64,000 nucleotides of DNA from Mobula hypostoma. Its lineage: Eukaryota. The stretch is from NCBI RefSeq assembly GCF_963921235.1, contig NC_086097.1, positions 36,892,001 to 36,956,000 on the forward strand, read 5' to 3'. Below are positions 21,899 through 36,016 of this stretch, piece by piece. The translations under genes were made by a program, and so were the position numbers. Position 1 is the stretch's first letter, and each line of letters begins with the position of its first letter. The notes under the pieces were generated by a model. The model ran no database searches and was not told where the DNA came from. It saw nothing but the letters and a program-made list of their open reading frames with translations.

Positions 21899-24800
21899 CC
21901 TAATCTGTTTAGGTCCTTCTGCGGCCTACCTGTTTCCTCAATAGTACCTTCCCCTCCACCAATCTTTGTATCATCTGCAAACCTGGCAAAAAAGCTATCT
22001 ATTCCATCATCTAAATCATTTATATACAGCATAAAATGAAGTGGTCCCAACACTGACCCCAGTGGAACACCACTAGTCACTGGCAGCCAACCAGAAAAAG
22101 ATCCTTTTATTCCCACTTGTTGCCTTCTTCCAATCAGCCAATGCTCTGACCATCTCAGTAACTTTCCTGTAATACCATAGGCTTTTAACTTGGTAAGCAG
22201 CCTCATGTGTGGCACCTTGTCAAACGCCTTCTGAAAGTCCAAATATACAACATCCACTGTATCCCCTTTGTCAATCCTACTTATAATCTCCTCAAAGAAT
22301 TCCAACAGGTTCATCAGGCAGGATTTTCCCTTAAAGAAACCATGCTGACTTTGTCCTAACTTGTCCTGTGTCACCAAGTACTCCATCACCTCGTTCTTAT
22401 CAATTGACTCTAATATCTTCCCAACCACTGAGGTCAAGCCAACTGGTCTATAATTTCCTTTCTGCTGCCTACCTCCTTTCTTAAAGAGTCAAGTGACACT
22501 TGCAATTTTCCAGTCCTCTGGCACAATGCCAGAGTCCGAACGATCTTTGAAAGATCATTTCTAATGCCACCATAATCTCCAATGCTACCTCTTTCAAGAC
22601 CCTAGGGAGCAGTTCGTCTGGTCTGGGTGATTTATGTACTTTTAGGTCTTTCAGCTTTTTGAGCACCTTCTCCCTTGTAATAGTAACTGCACCCACTTCT
22701 CTTCCTTCACACATTACAACACCTGGCATACTGCTAGTGTCTTCCACAGTGAAGACTGATGCAAAATACTCATTTAGTTCATCTGCCATTTCCTTGTCCC
22801 CCATTATTATTTCTCCTGCCTCATTTTCTAGAAGTCCTATATACACTCTCATCTCTCTTTTATTTTTGACATACTTGAAAAAGCTTTTTACTATCCACTT
22901 CGATATTATTTGCTAGCTTGTTTCATATTTCATCTTTTCCCATCTAATGATTCATTTCGTTGTTCTCTGTAAGTTTTCAAAAAACATCCCAATCTTCTAT
23001 CTTCATGCTAATTTTTGCTTTGTTGTATGCCCTCCCTTTTGTTTTTTCATTAGCTTTGACTTCCCTTGTCAGCTACGGTTGTACAATTTTGCCATTTGAG
23101 TATTTCTTCACTTTTGGAATACGCATGTCCTGCGCCTTCCTCAATTTCCCCAGAAATACACACCATTGCTGCTCTTCTGACACCCCTGCCAGCAACTCCA
23201 TCCAGTTTACTTTGGCTAACTCCTCTCTCATACCAATGTAATTTCCCTTACACCACTGAAATGCTGCTACGTCAGACTTCACTTTCTCCCTATCAAATTT
23301 CAAGTTGAGGTCAATCATATTGTGATCACTGGCTCCTAAGGGTTCTTTTACCTAAAGCTCCTTAATCGCCTCCAGTTCATTACATAACACCCAATCCAGT
23401 GTAGCTGATCCTCTAGCAGGCTCAATGACAAACTGCTCTAAAAAGCCACCTCTTAAGCATTCAACAAACTCAATCTCTTGAGATCCATTACCAACCTAAT
23501 TTTCCCAATCAACCTGCATGTTAAGATCTCCCATGACTATCATAACATTGCCCTTTTGACACACCTTTTTCATTTCCTGTTGAAATCTGTGGTCCACATC
23601 CCAGCTACTGTTGGGAGGCCTGTATATATAACTGCCATCAGGGTCCTTGTACCCTTGCAGTTTCTTAACTCAACCCACAAGGATTCAACATCTTCTGATC
23701 CTATGTCACATCTTTCTAGTGATTTGATGCCATTCTTTACCAGCAGAGCCACGCCTCCCCCTCTGTATACCTTCCTATCACTCTGATACAATGTGTAACC
23801 TTGGACATTCAGCTCCCAACTACAACCATCCTTCAGCTATGATTCGGTGATGGCCACAGCATCATACCTGGCAATCTGTAATAGTGCAACAAGATCATCC
23901 ACCTTATTTCTTATACTCCACGCCTTGAGATACAACACCTTGAGTACTGTATTTGCTACCCTTTTTGATTTTGCATCCCTAATGTACTGATATTCACCTG
24001 TTGACTCCCTTCACATGCCTACCCTTTCTGACAGTCTGACTGCACACTGCCTTACCATCCATCCTATCCTGAGACCTACCACTCTGGTTCACACCCCCAA
24101 CCAAATTAGTTTAAACCCTCCCCAACAGCTCTAACAAACCTGCCTGCAAGAATATTGGTCCCCCTCGGGTTCAGGTGCAACCCATCACTTTTGAACAGGT
24201 CATACCTCCTCCAGAAGAGATCCCAATGATCCAAGAATCTGAAGCCCTGCCCCCCGCACTAGCTTCTCAGCCACGCATTTATCTGATATGATTAGGCTAA
24301 AACCCTCTATGGTTCTGAATGACTTTTGGAAAGACTGAATTTGTGAAAGGTATTTGTTTTTATCTTTTAAAGCAAACAGATTTCATAATAAAAATGTTAC
24401 TGCAAATCTTTACAATGTAATATTATTGTATTTTAGAATTTTATACTTCTGATTGAATACAGAGCCTGCATTCTTCAACTTATGAATCAGAGGCTGAATG
24501 TTGTATTAACTTAGATGGAATACTAACCCATTGAGAAAAATTATACTTCTGATCTTGTTCATATTTTACAGATCAGATGCCTTTCATTTATTAGCAATTG
24601 CCAAAAAGTCCTCATTTTAATTTCAAAGAAATTATTTAATAAGACATGAGCAGAACATTGTCAACATCATTGTTCTGTACTTTATTCTTTTATAGGGTAT
24701 GAGTGGCATTAGCAGGGTCATAATTTATTACTTTTCCCTTGAGGTCTAGAAATTATATTCCGCTGTGTCACACAGTATATTTTTAACTTTGTTTTTGTTT

Positions 24801-25296
24801 CTTTGGGTAGAATTAATTTCCTCAGGAGTACTGCTGTTACAAACCAAACTTGTCAGAGCCCAACTCTGACAAAAGGCCTTTGAACTAACACAGTGATCAG
24901 CAGCTTCATGATCTGCTTACTTGGCGTTATTTTACCTCACAGTTTTGGACTCAACCACATCTACTGAACCATCTGCCCTTGCCCCAAGTGATGTGCATTT
25001 TTTTGTAAAGTTACAAATGTGCCATTATTCAGACTCTTCTGTAGCCTTTTCAATGCTCGAAGACCATTGCCACTTCCAATTTCTGCATGTTTTAGTAGCA
25101 AAATAAAGCATTCACTTGAGCTAAGAGGGGCAATAACGCATTGTGGAAGAGCAGCAAAGGCAGATGCATAACAAAGTGCAATTCCATTCCTAATTTGATG
25201 GTTCCCTTACAATTTGATTCTGATTACATGTCCTGGATTATTTTGCCACAGATTAATATGTGGAATGTGTTCTATTGTTCTGAAATCTTCTCTGAG

Positions 25297-25640
25297 GGTC
25301 ATCACCTTTCCGTGGTGGAGAAGCCTGCGAGTTCCTAAGATTGCTGTCTGGATCTTAGCTCCTGGCAGGGTCACCTATGGCGGTAAGGTCAAGGGGGAGG
25401 ATCCCAGAGAAAAAGCAATCCAACCAAGACCTCAGTGGTGTAGCTGGCGGAAGATGATGGCATAACACAATGGCAGTGAAGGTGGTGGAAGGCCGCAGCA
25501 GTGAAGGGTCCTCAGTTGTCTCGCATTCCACGCCACTGGACCATGACCCTGCTCTGGCAAGAACCATGTGGTGATTCCCATACATCAGCTTCCCCATATT
25601 AAACAAAGTCACACAAAGGAATTTTCCATTAAGGGGATAA
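25297..25640 (+). mobile_element. RTE-clade (Rex3/Expander-like) 5' UTR-derived short element
   Basis: CATCACCTTTCCGTGGTGGAGAAGCCTG...GCTCCTGGCAGGGTCACCTATGGC...AGGTC...GAGG resembles, from memory, the 5' end of vertebrate RTE elements; no ORF. Confidence 0.5.
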
Positions 25641-26447
25641 CCCCTTCGGAGAGCATCATACTTCACTCAAGTGATTGCGCTACTATTATTCTGAAATCCA
25701 CAATGTGAAGAAACTCAGCTTCCACCCCGCCCCCCCCCCCAGGTTTAATGTAGATAAAAGCAGAAGCAGAAAAATGATAAGAACCACGAAATATTTCCTG
25801 ATAAATTTTTAGTGCTAAGGCAGCAATTCAGTCCATTTAGTGTGCATTGGACTGCCAGCTTCATGTTAATGAATAGATTTGCTCAGGTCAGCTGAGAACT
25901 ATCTCGAAGACAGCTTGCACTGCTTTATCCAGGCAATAGTAATAACTCCTCAGTACTAAAGAACCAAAAGGAAATCTGGAAAAACTCAGTTAATCATTCA
26001 TCGAGGCAGTCTTTGAAATTATACAGATGTCTTTTGAATTCACAAGGAGAACCAAATAATGAAAGAACATTTTCTTGTCCATAAAATAGATAATAGAGCT
26101 AATGATTTCCTCTGCTCATATTTAATAGGAATTATCAATACCAAGCAGGGTAAACAATCACTGTGGATTCTGAATGGAATAGTTTGGACTTCTAAAGCTC
26201 ACTATATTGCACACAGAAGGTAAAATGATTTTATAAAAACCTGAACCATTTTCAAATACAACACTGCTCATACTGATTTAGTTTCCTGTTTTTGAGGAAT
26301 TTAAAAAAATATGTCAGATATGTTCACCTTGGAATTCACATTAAAATTTTGTTCACATTTTTTTATTACAATTGTTTTCATTTCACTTTTAACCGAATCA
26401 AACCAGCTGCCTTCCTGTTTCCATTCATAATAAAATCACTAGCATAG

Positions 26448-27040
26448 ATACTGAGGCTGTCTACAAGAAGGGTCAGAGCCATCTCTATTTCCTGAGGAGA
26501 CTGAGGTCCTTTAACATCTGTCGGACGATGCTGAGGATGTTCTACGAGTTTGTGGTGGCCAGTGCGATCATGTTTGCTGTTGTGTGCTGGGGCAGCAGGC
26601 TGAGGGTAGCAGACACCAACAGAATCAACAAACTCATTCGTAAGGCCAGTAATGTTGTGGGGATGGAACTGGACTCTCTGACGGTGGTGTCTGAAGAGAG
26701 GATGCTGTCCAAGTTGCATGCCATCTTGGACAATGTCTCCCATCCGCTACATAAGGGACTGGTTGGGCACAGGTGTACATTCAGCCAGAGACTCATTCCA
26801 CCGAGATGCAACACAGAGCGTCATAGGAAGTCATTCCTGCCTGTGGCCATCAAACTTTACAACTCCTCCCTTGGAGGGTCAGACACCCTGAGCCAATAGG
26901 CTGGTCCTGGACTTATTTCCTGGCATAATTTACATATTACTATTTAATTATTTATGGTTTTATTACTATTTAATTATTTATGGTGCAACTGTAACGAAAA
27001 CCAATTTCCTTCGGGATCAGTAAAGTACGACTATGACTAT
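26448..27040 (+). mobile_element. Young 5'-truncated Rex1 LINE
   Basis: Uninterrupted frame through 26899: KKGQSHLYFLRRLRSFNIC..MLRMFYEFVVASAIMFAVVCWG...HPLH...RCNTERHRKSFLPVAIKLYN; short 3' UTR with GACTAT repeats. Confidence 0.9.
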
Positions 27041-28849
27041 GAGAAAGAAGTAATTTCTGAATTTACAAAAAGTAGCTAATATTGGAATAGTGGATTTCAC
27101 ACTGTAATTGGAGTCAAGAATGCTGTATTGAGATGGAATAAATTGCATAAATTTATACATATGATTGATAAAGGATTGATTTGAAGAGTAAATTACAAAC
27201 ATTTTTTGACTGAATAATTCACTGTTAATGTTTCAAATGTTTGCAGAAAGGAAGTAAAACAGCAGGAAGCAGAAAAGTGGAGTAGGTGGTTATCCTTATT
27301 ACCTAATGAAAGCTGATCAAAAAACGTTTATTTTGTTACCTTTTATGCTCTGGTGAAAAGTGCTGCTGGTTATCTGGTCTACTTCAAAACTAACCTCTCT
27401 CATCTCTGACACCCCTTTGGCTCAGGTTTTGCTTGACTTCTCAGGCAGCTTTTCTGAAAAAAAACCTTGAATTAATTAATAATCTGCGTGCTTAAAGTTA
27501 TTTCTTTACTTGAATCCTTAGAGAAATTGGTGTCTATACTTTGCCTTACTTGGCTCAGGCACCTGTTATATCGGGCCTCTGGCTTCATTATTTTTAAAGG
27601 CACTGGCAATCCACAGCCAACCCATGGGCAGCTCCTGCCAGCTAATGGCCAAGGAGCCTGAGATGGCAGGCTGCTGCAGCCTCAAGGGAGAGTTCAAGGT
27701 CTAGGCTATGAGTGTCAGGTTCATAAAACTGAGGCATCAAGGATGGAACTTATTGGTAGTATAGGGGGCAAGGTGGTCAGTGGCCATCTTAACATTTAGG
27801 CCTCAGGTTGCCATCAAGCATTGTGAATTGGGAATGGGGATTAAGAGCTATGGCTGGCTCATGATTTGAATGTAAAGGTCAAACTCTCCACATTCCCTGG
27901 TTCTCCATTCACTTAGACAATTCTAATACTTATTTGTTATTGGAAATCCACAGTAGTCTCCTAGGTCCCCAGCAGACATCTTCTGGAGAAATATGGCCCT
28001 GTAATCAGAGCCACTCTGAGTGTTTTGCCTGCTGATTGGTGCCCTCATTGAATATGTAGGCTATTGTTCTTATAATGCACCACTCACTTCTAAAGATGTT
28101 TGAACTTATGGCTCTTATTTATTGCATTTTACCATTTCTTTTGTGGTTTCCAGCAAGTCATTCGGGAATTAAGAATGTGTAGCTGATAATTACAACATTA
28201 TTTTTTCTTACATTTTTTGAACGCAAGGTGATTTATCTAGCAGAAAACGTTTGTAATAAAAAGGAGGCAAGATGATCAATTACCTGCTGAACTGCCGTTG
28301 GCAGACTATAGCATCTGCATTCAGATCTGTATTACATTACAGTCGTCTTTGATTCTTTCTCATTGAGCTACATAGTTGTGCAGTATTGATTTCCCAATTG
28401 TATTTCACTTTTCAGCTTAATCCAGTCTCCATATCCCTTTACATATACAGTACCTGTTAACTAAAACAACTGTCTTTAATTCTCAACAGTTCCTACATTG
28501 TTCCAAATTAAGTTTTTCTCTCACAAGTAACTGATTATGCAGACAAACATGTTACTAATTTACATAGTTTACATCTTTTACTTTGGTATCTTTGTGATTT
28601 TCTTAGTTGATTTGCGGCTAATAGGTGATACATATTATGTATCTGATTTTTTTTTCAAGTGTGGCAGGCAGTGGAATCTGATCCCCCAGCACAGATCCAT
28701 AACCTGGACAAAGTCAAGTACAGATAAACTCTCCTTGGGATAATTTATAGCTGAGGTGGATGGTGGCCTATTAGATCTACAACCTCCATTGTCAAACTCA
28801 GACAAATGTGAACATTCAGAATTTAAAGGGGAGGGGGGGAAAATCTACA

Positions 28850-31570
28850 ACAGTCTATATAACTACCAGGAGCAAGGGCGATGAATTTAAAGCATGGAAC
28901 TATGATGCTGTGGCCATTATGGAGACTTGGCTGTCACAAGAACAGGAATGAATGTTTCAACAGGGACGGGGAGGGAGGTAAAAAAGGTGGGGGAGTGGCA
29001 GTACTAATCAAGGATAGTAAAACAGCTGCAGAAAGGGAGGATGTCCTGGAGGGATCGTCTGCAGAGTCAGTGTGGGTGGAAATAGGAAACAGGAAGGGAA
29101 CAGTCACTCTGTTGGGAGCATTCTATAGAACCCTCCCAATAACAACACAGAAACTGAGGTGCAGATGGGAGGCAGATTTTGGAAAGGTGCAAAAATAACA
29201 GGGTTGTTGTCATGGGTGATTTCAACTTCCTTACTACTAATTGCCACCTCCACAGTGCAAACAGCTCAGATGGGGCAGAATTTATTCGGTGTATCCAGGT
29301 AGGATTTCTGTCACAATTTGTAGACAAGCCAATAGGGGGAGAGGTCATATTGGATCTAGAACCATACAATGAACCTTGGCAGGTGACAGATCTCTCGATC
29401 GGTGAGCATTTCAAAGATAGTGACCACAACTTCTCGATCTTTAGCATAGCCTTGGAAAAGAATAGGAATATACGGTATGGGGAACTACTTAACAGGGTGA
29501 GACTGAATTATGATGCTATTAAACAGGAACTTGCGAGCATTAATTGGGAACTGATGTACTCAGAGAAATGCACAACAGAAACGTTAAAGTTGTCGCACTG
29601 AAGCAGGGAAGAAATGGTAGGGTGAAGGAACTATGATTGACGAGATGTGGGACATCTAGTCAAGAGAAAGAAGGAAGCATACTTAAGGTTTAGAAAGCAA
29701 GAGTCACTCAGGGGTCTTGAGAGTTACAAGGTAGTCAGGAAAGAGCACGTATGGACTTAGGAGAGCAAGAAGGAGATGTGAGAAGGTCTTGGAAAGTAGG
29801 ATTAAGGAAAAACACAAGGTGTTCTGCACATACGTGAAGGAAGGGAGCATGACTACAGTGAGGGAAGGACCAATCAGGGAAAAGAAAGGAAACATTCCTG
29901 GAGTTGGAGAAGGTCCTTAATGAATACTTTGCTTCAGTATTCATCAGTGAGAGGGACCTAGACAGATGTAAGATCAGTGTAGACAAGTTGATAAGCTGGA
30001 ACATGTCAACTTTGAGAAAGAGGATGTGTTGGAACTTTTGTAAAACAAGAGGATAGGTAAGTCCCTCGGCTGGATGGAATATACCCCAGGTCACTACAGG
30101 AAGTGAGGGAAGAGCAATCACTGAGCACAGGAGTAGTGCCGGAAGCTGTGAGAGTGACAAATGTTATTCTTTTGCTCAAGAAAGATAAATTGGGATAACC
30201 ATGGGAATTAGAGACTAGTAACTCCTACATCTGTGGTGGCCGAATTATTAGTGAGGATTCTTAGAGGTAGGATTTACAAGCATTTGAGTTTCATAGTCTG
30301 ATTAGAGATAGCCAACTTGACTTTTGAATGGCAACTGGTTCCTTATAAGCCTGATAAAATTTTTGAGGAAGTGACAAAACATATTGTTGAAGGGACAGCA
30401 GTGGATGTGTGTATATAGATTTTAGTAGGGTATTTGCTAAAAGTCACCATGGTAGGCTCATTCAGAAAGTCAGAAGGCATTGGATCCAGAGAAACTTGGC
30501 TGTGTAGATTCAGAATTGGCTTGCCCATAGAAGGCAGTGGTTGTAGATGGGGCATATTCTGCCTGGAGTTTGGTGACCAGTGGTGTTCTGTAGGGATCTG
30601 TTCTGAGACCCCTGCTTTTTGTGATTTTTATAAATGACTTGGATGTTGAAGTGAATGGCTGGTTTGTAAGTCTGCAAATCATACAAAGGTTGGTGGTGCT
30701 GTGGATAATATAGAAGGTTGCTGCTGGCTACAGCAGGACATTGATAGGATGCAGAGCTGGGCTGAGGAGTCACAAATGGAGTTCAACTCGACAAAGTGTG
30801 AAGTGGAACTTTGGAAGGTCAAACTTGAAGGCAGAACACAGTGTTGAAGACAGGATTCTTATCAATTTGAAGGAACAGAGGGATCATGGGGTTCAAAGTT
30901 TCAGGCAAGTTTTTAAGGTGGTTAAGAAGGCATATGGTATTTTGGCCTTCATTAGTCAGGGCATTGAGTTCAAACTCCATGACGTAATGTTTCAGCACTA
31001 TAAAACTCTGGTTGGACACACTCGGAGTATTGGTTGCAGTTCTGGTTGCCTCATTACAGGAAGGATTGGAAACTCTCGAGAGGGTGCGCAGGAGATTTGT
31101 CAGCATTCTGCCTGGATTAGAGGGCATGCCTTGAGTTTAGGTTGAGCAAGCTAGGGCTTTTCCTTTTGGAGAGAAGGAGGATGGGAGGTGACTTGGTAAA
31201 GATGTACAAGATGATAAGAGACATAATTAAAGTGGATGGCCAGAGATATTTTCCTGAGGTGGAAATGAATAACACAAGGGGGTATGACATTAAGGTGTTT
31301 GGAGAAAAGTATAAGGAGGATGTCAGAGGTAGAGTTTTTACAAGAAAATGGTAAATGTATGGAACATGCTGCCAGAGGTGGTGGAAGAGCCAGATACATT
31401 AGTGGCTTTTAAGAGACTCTTAAATAGGCACATGATGATAGCAAAATTGAGACCTATGTAAGAAGGAAAGAGTGAATTGATTTTAGAGTGGGATTTATAA
31501 AAGGGTCAGTAAAACATCATGGGCTGAAGGACATGTACTAAACTGTCATGTTCTATGTTCCAATGTTCTA
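28850..31570 (+). mobile_element. Degenerate CR1 ORF2 and 3' UTR with internal deletions
   Basis: GGGVAVLIKD, VVVMGDFNF, SDHN, RT remnants, LERRRMGGDL, and a TGTTCTATGTTC tail at ~31550. Confidence 0.88.
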
Positions 31571-32225
31571 TCAAGGAAACTATGCTGAATCCAAACAAGG
31601 TTGATTAAATACAATGGTATGAGCATTTGTCATCCTTTTGTAAAACACTGGAAGAGAAGTTATTTCTATGGGAAGGACAGAATGGGGACAAATTACTGTC
31701 AAGAGCACACCACTATTGTTTTGCTTGTTGTAGAACCCGTTAATGGTTTTTCTCTCTACCTTATTGAAATAGTGACTGCAGGTTTAAATTATAATGGAGA
31801 TTTCAACATTACAAAAGGTAATGGTGCAAGTTCAAAGAGATGTTTTCATTGGGAACATTTTTAGTATTTGAAATTTGTTACACAAGCTTGTTTTGTATTC
31901 CCTTGGGTGTTGAAGATTAAGGAATGGCTGACAGAGCTATTTACAGAGGTAGAAAAATATTTTGGCTTCATTCTACCCAGTAGAATTGTCAAAAAATGGC
32001 AAAGAAGATCATGACCTAGCTGCCAATACTCTGAAAAAACTGTGTAACAGAAAAAGCATGAGGAGACCCTTTTCATTTCCCAATCTTCTGATGAACAAGT
32101 AAAGCAAACCCATCACTGTATTGTTAGAAAAACTGCAAAGCAGAGGAACTCAGCAGTTATCTAACCTTGGTGTGCAGGGCTAAGAATAAGAGATTAGTAT
32201 TTTTTATTTGCTTTTGAATGTGAAT

Positions 32226-33500
32226 ACGTAAGAACATAAGAAATAGAAACAGGAGTAGACCATCTGGCTTGCTGAGACTGCTCCATCATTCAGTAAGGTC
32301 ATGACTGATCTCATCTCCACCTTCTTGCCTTTTCCGCATATGTCTTCAGTTCCTTGCTCTGCAAAAATTTAATGAGGTAGCATCTACTACTTCCCAGGAC
32401 AGAGAATTCCACAGATTCACCTCTCTCTGGGATAAACAGCTTTTCCTCATCTCTGTCCTAAATCTATTCCATCAAACTTGAGGCTATGTTTCCTAGTTCT
32501 AGGTTCACTTACCAGTGAAAGCAACTTTCCTGCCCTTATCTTATCTATCCCTTTCATAATTCTATATGTTTCTATAAGGTCCACTCTCATTCTTCTGAAT
32601 TCCAGCAAGTATAGTCCCAGGCAACATAATCTCACCTCACAGGCTAAATCCCTCATCTCCAGAATCAACATGGTAAACTTCCTCTGCACTGCCTCCAAAG
32701 CCTGTATGTCTTTCCTCAAGTAAGGAGACCAGAAACGTACATAGTACTCCTGGTGTGGCCTCACCAGTATACAATAGAGTTGCAGCATAACTTCTTTGTT
32801 CTTAAATTCAATTCCTCCAGTAGTGAAGGCCAAAATTCTATTTGCCTTTTTGATGACCTGTTGCACCTGCAAACCTACCATTTATAATTCATGCACAGGC
32901 ACTCTCAAGTCTCTATGCACAATAGTATGTTGCAATCTTCCACCATTTAAATAATCTGATCTATTTTCCTTTCAAAGTTGATGGCCTTGCATTTACTATT
33001 CCATCTGCCAGCTCATTGCCCACTCACTGCACCTTTCTAAATCTGTCTGCAGACTCTATGCATTTTCTGCACAGTTTCCTTTTCCACTCAATTTAGCGTC
33101 ATCAGCAAATTTAGATATGCTACACTCAGACCCTTTAATTGTTAACCTCTGTGGAACTCCACTCTCTGCCATTTATGCCAACTCTGCCTTTTGTTGGCTA
33201 ACTAATCCTCTATCCATGCTAATACATTACACCCAACTCCATACATCTTTTTGAATAATTTTTTTTATGTGGCACCTTATCAAATTCTGGAAGTACAACA
33301 TTCTTCTATTCCCTCCGATTGACTGTGCTTATTATATCTTCAAAGAACTCCATTGAATCATCTTCACTTTCCTTACTGCTTCCTTCATGGTTCTTTGTTG
33401 CTTCTTAAAGGTCTCTCAATCTTTAGGTTTCCCACTATTCTTGGCAAATTTGTGTGCTTAAGCTCCTATTTTGATGCCTTCTTTTATTTCCTTACTTATC
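32226..33500 (-). mobile_element. Degenerate CR1 3' portion
   Basis: Tail TAAGAACATAAGAAATAG; ORF with VRPHQEYYVRFWSPYLRKDI and LEFRRMRVDLIETY. Confidence 0.88.
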
Positions 33501-34059
33501 CAACGCCGGCTCTCCCAACGAAAGGTATGACAGACAGAATACTGCAGGTGCTGGAAAACTGAAACAAAAATGAAAAATGTTGGAAACACTCAGAAGGCCA
33601 GGCAGCATGTGGGAGAGTTCCCATCTTGCATCTTCAAATGTTAACTCATTTTTCTCTTATCACAGATTAATGAAATGTTATTTGAACTCACAATAGCACT
33701 AAACTATAAATTTGAAATTACAACACCATAAAAAGTACAGCATAAAAGCTTCATAAGTTTTATTTTTTTCAAAGGTTATGTTTCACTTGAATAAATGATC
33801 TCTTAGTAGTAGCTTAAATGCAACAATTGAATAAGAAGTTAAGGCGACAGGAGTGGGTGAGTTTCAAAGGCTGTCAGTAAACAATGAATTAAGCACAAAA
33901 TAATGCTTCCAGAACCAGAGCAGCCTTATGCTAAAGACTGTTGACATGATAGCACTCCCACACACTGTCAGACTGCTTGTCTCAGCCAAGTCAGATCCCC
34001 CAAGAATATCTTCGATTCCATTTACAGAAAAATATTCAAAGAAAAATGAGCAAAGAAAG

Positions 34060-34580
34060 ACAAACAGAAAGCGATCCACTGCTCTGCACATGACCATGAG
34101 CAACTGCAAAGACTTGCGGACACAGCTCAGCACATCACAGGTACCAGCCTCCCCTCCACAGACTCTTACGTTTCTATATGTTTCGCATAATCAAAGACCT
34201 CACCCACCCAGACATTCTCTCTTCTCCCCTCTCCCATTGGGCAGAAGATACAGAAGCTGGAAGTACGTACCTCAGGGCTCAAGGACAGCTTCTACCCTGC
34301 TATTAGCAGACGCTTGAACAGACCTCTTGTACGATAAGATGAACTTGTGGCCTTACAGTCTGCCTCTTTATGACTTTGTACTTTATTATTTAATATCACT
34401 GTATTTTGTTGATAGATGTTATACTTTATTGTGTATTGGCATTGTTTTACCTTATTCTAGCTCAATGCCCCGTGTAATGATTTATCCCAACTCTCTGCCT
34501 TCTAATTGGCTAACCAATCCAGTATAGAGAGTATGCAAGACAAGCTTTTCACTATATCATGTGACAATAATAAACCAATA
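34060..34580 (+). mobile_element. Rex1/Babar-type LINE 3' fragment
   Basis: HPPRHSLFSPLPLGRRYRS; 3' UTR ending CATGTGACAATAATAAACCAAT. Confidence 0.7.
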
Positions 34581-36016
34581 TCAAAAATTATCCATAATTT
34601 GCTTGAAACCAGTGATATACAACAGAGCTAACAAAGAGATTCATAGGTTTCATGCTTGAATCATGAAAAAAGGTACATGACAAAGAACAGGTCTACAAGG
34701 AAGAAAGTGGGAGGTAGACACTTGACTATTCCATTAAAAAAATATATCTTTTGAACAGTTTGTAAGATACATCATAACAGCAAGAACTTATTACAAGAAA
34801 AATATCATAAATGTGTGGATTATAGCCTCAAGAGTCCAAAGAATAACTCTTAGTCACACTATTCCCTAATGAAAAAGGAAAGAAATAGTAGGTCCCAGTG
34901 GACTCACAACACAAACTTTTCTGAGGAGGTTTTAACAGCAAAACCCAATCAGGACTCCAGTGCACAATTACTACATTCCACAAGCAGCTCACAGGAACCA
35001 CAAATGTTTTAAAAAGTTACATTCAGGTTGTTACTGATTGAAGGAGATGGATACTTCTAACCAACTTTCTTCAGCAGTAAGCAAACCTTGCTTTGTTCAA
35101 AAACAAAATGTTTGACCTCACCCCAAGCCTTGGTTGGCATTGCTGCTGGCCCCTCATCTCCAGAAAGGAAGCTAAGGATTATATTGTCTTGCCAATTTAA
35201 ATCAAAACTCTTATTTCATAATCTCTTGCACCAATATCCCTAAACCGCTACCTTGGAAGGTCTGTTTCTAGTTTAAAATATGGGAAAGTAGCCTATTTAG
35301 GGCAGCCATTTGATGAAAAAGTCAGAAAAGGTAAATTATTTGCAGTTGAGGGCCATTTTCTAAACTGCAGACTAAAGTGTGTAATCTGCTAAAATTAGTC
35401 ATGCATGTTGAATAGATAACCCTTCACCCCAGTTCTACCTGCCAACTCTGTCATATTTCACTAGCATCTTTACAATTTCATCCCCATCTCCGGTGTTTGT
35501 GTAACAAAGACAGCATTGGAATTTGCTCTTTAGTTATTAATAAATGGCAAGAAATAATCACCCCATCCCCCACTACAACCACTGGCCAAGCAAAACACTT
35601 TTTCTTGGTGAATACTGTGGTGTGCTTTGGCATGAGTGAGTGAATTCCCAAAAAGGTTCTACATATATGAAAATGTACTTCCAAAGTTTAATAACTTGAA
35701 ATAAAAAGAATCAGTTCCCTCAATATCAAGTTCCATGACAGAATTTTTTAGACATGTATATTTGCTGATAATTTTGACATGCATTCTATACAACCCAACG
35801 GACATGAAAAGTTATATGCAAAATATTAAATATTTACTCAGTGGCCACTTTATTAGGTATACCTGCTTGTTAAAGCAAATGTCTAATTAACCAATCATGT
35901 AGCAGCAACTCAAAGCATAAAAGTATGCAGACATGGTCAAGAGGTTCTGTTACTGTTTGGACCAGACATCAGAATGGGGAAGAAATGTGATCCAAGCGAC
36001 TTTGAACATGGAACAT

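Larger units (their letters stand above)
19905..24290 (-). mobile_element. Degenerate CR1 LINE (end of ORF1, ORF2, 3' UTR) split by a solo LTR
   Basis: GGGVALLVKN, QHGF, DFQKAFD, GVPLGSVLGP, FADD, RPHLEYCVQFW in several frames; ORF1 end (RAVGEGLN*) at ~24106-24290. Confidence 0.92.
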
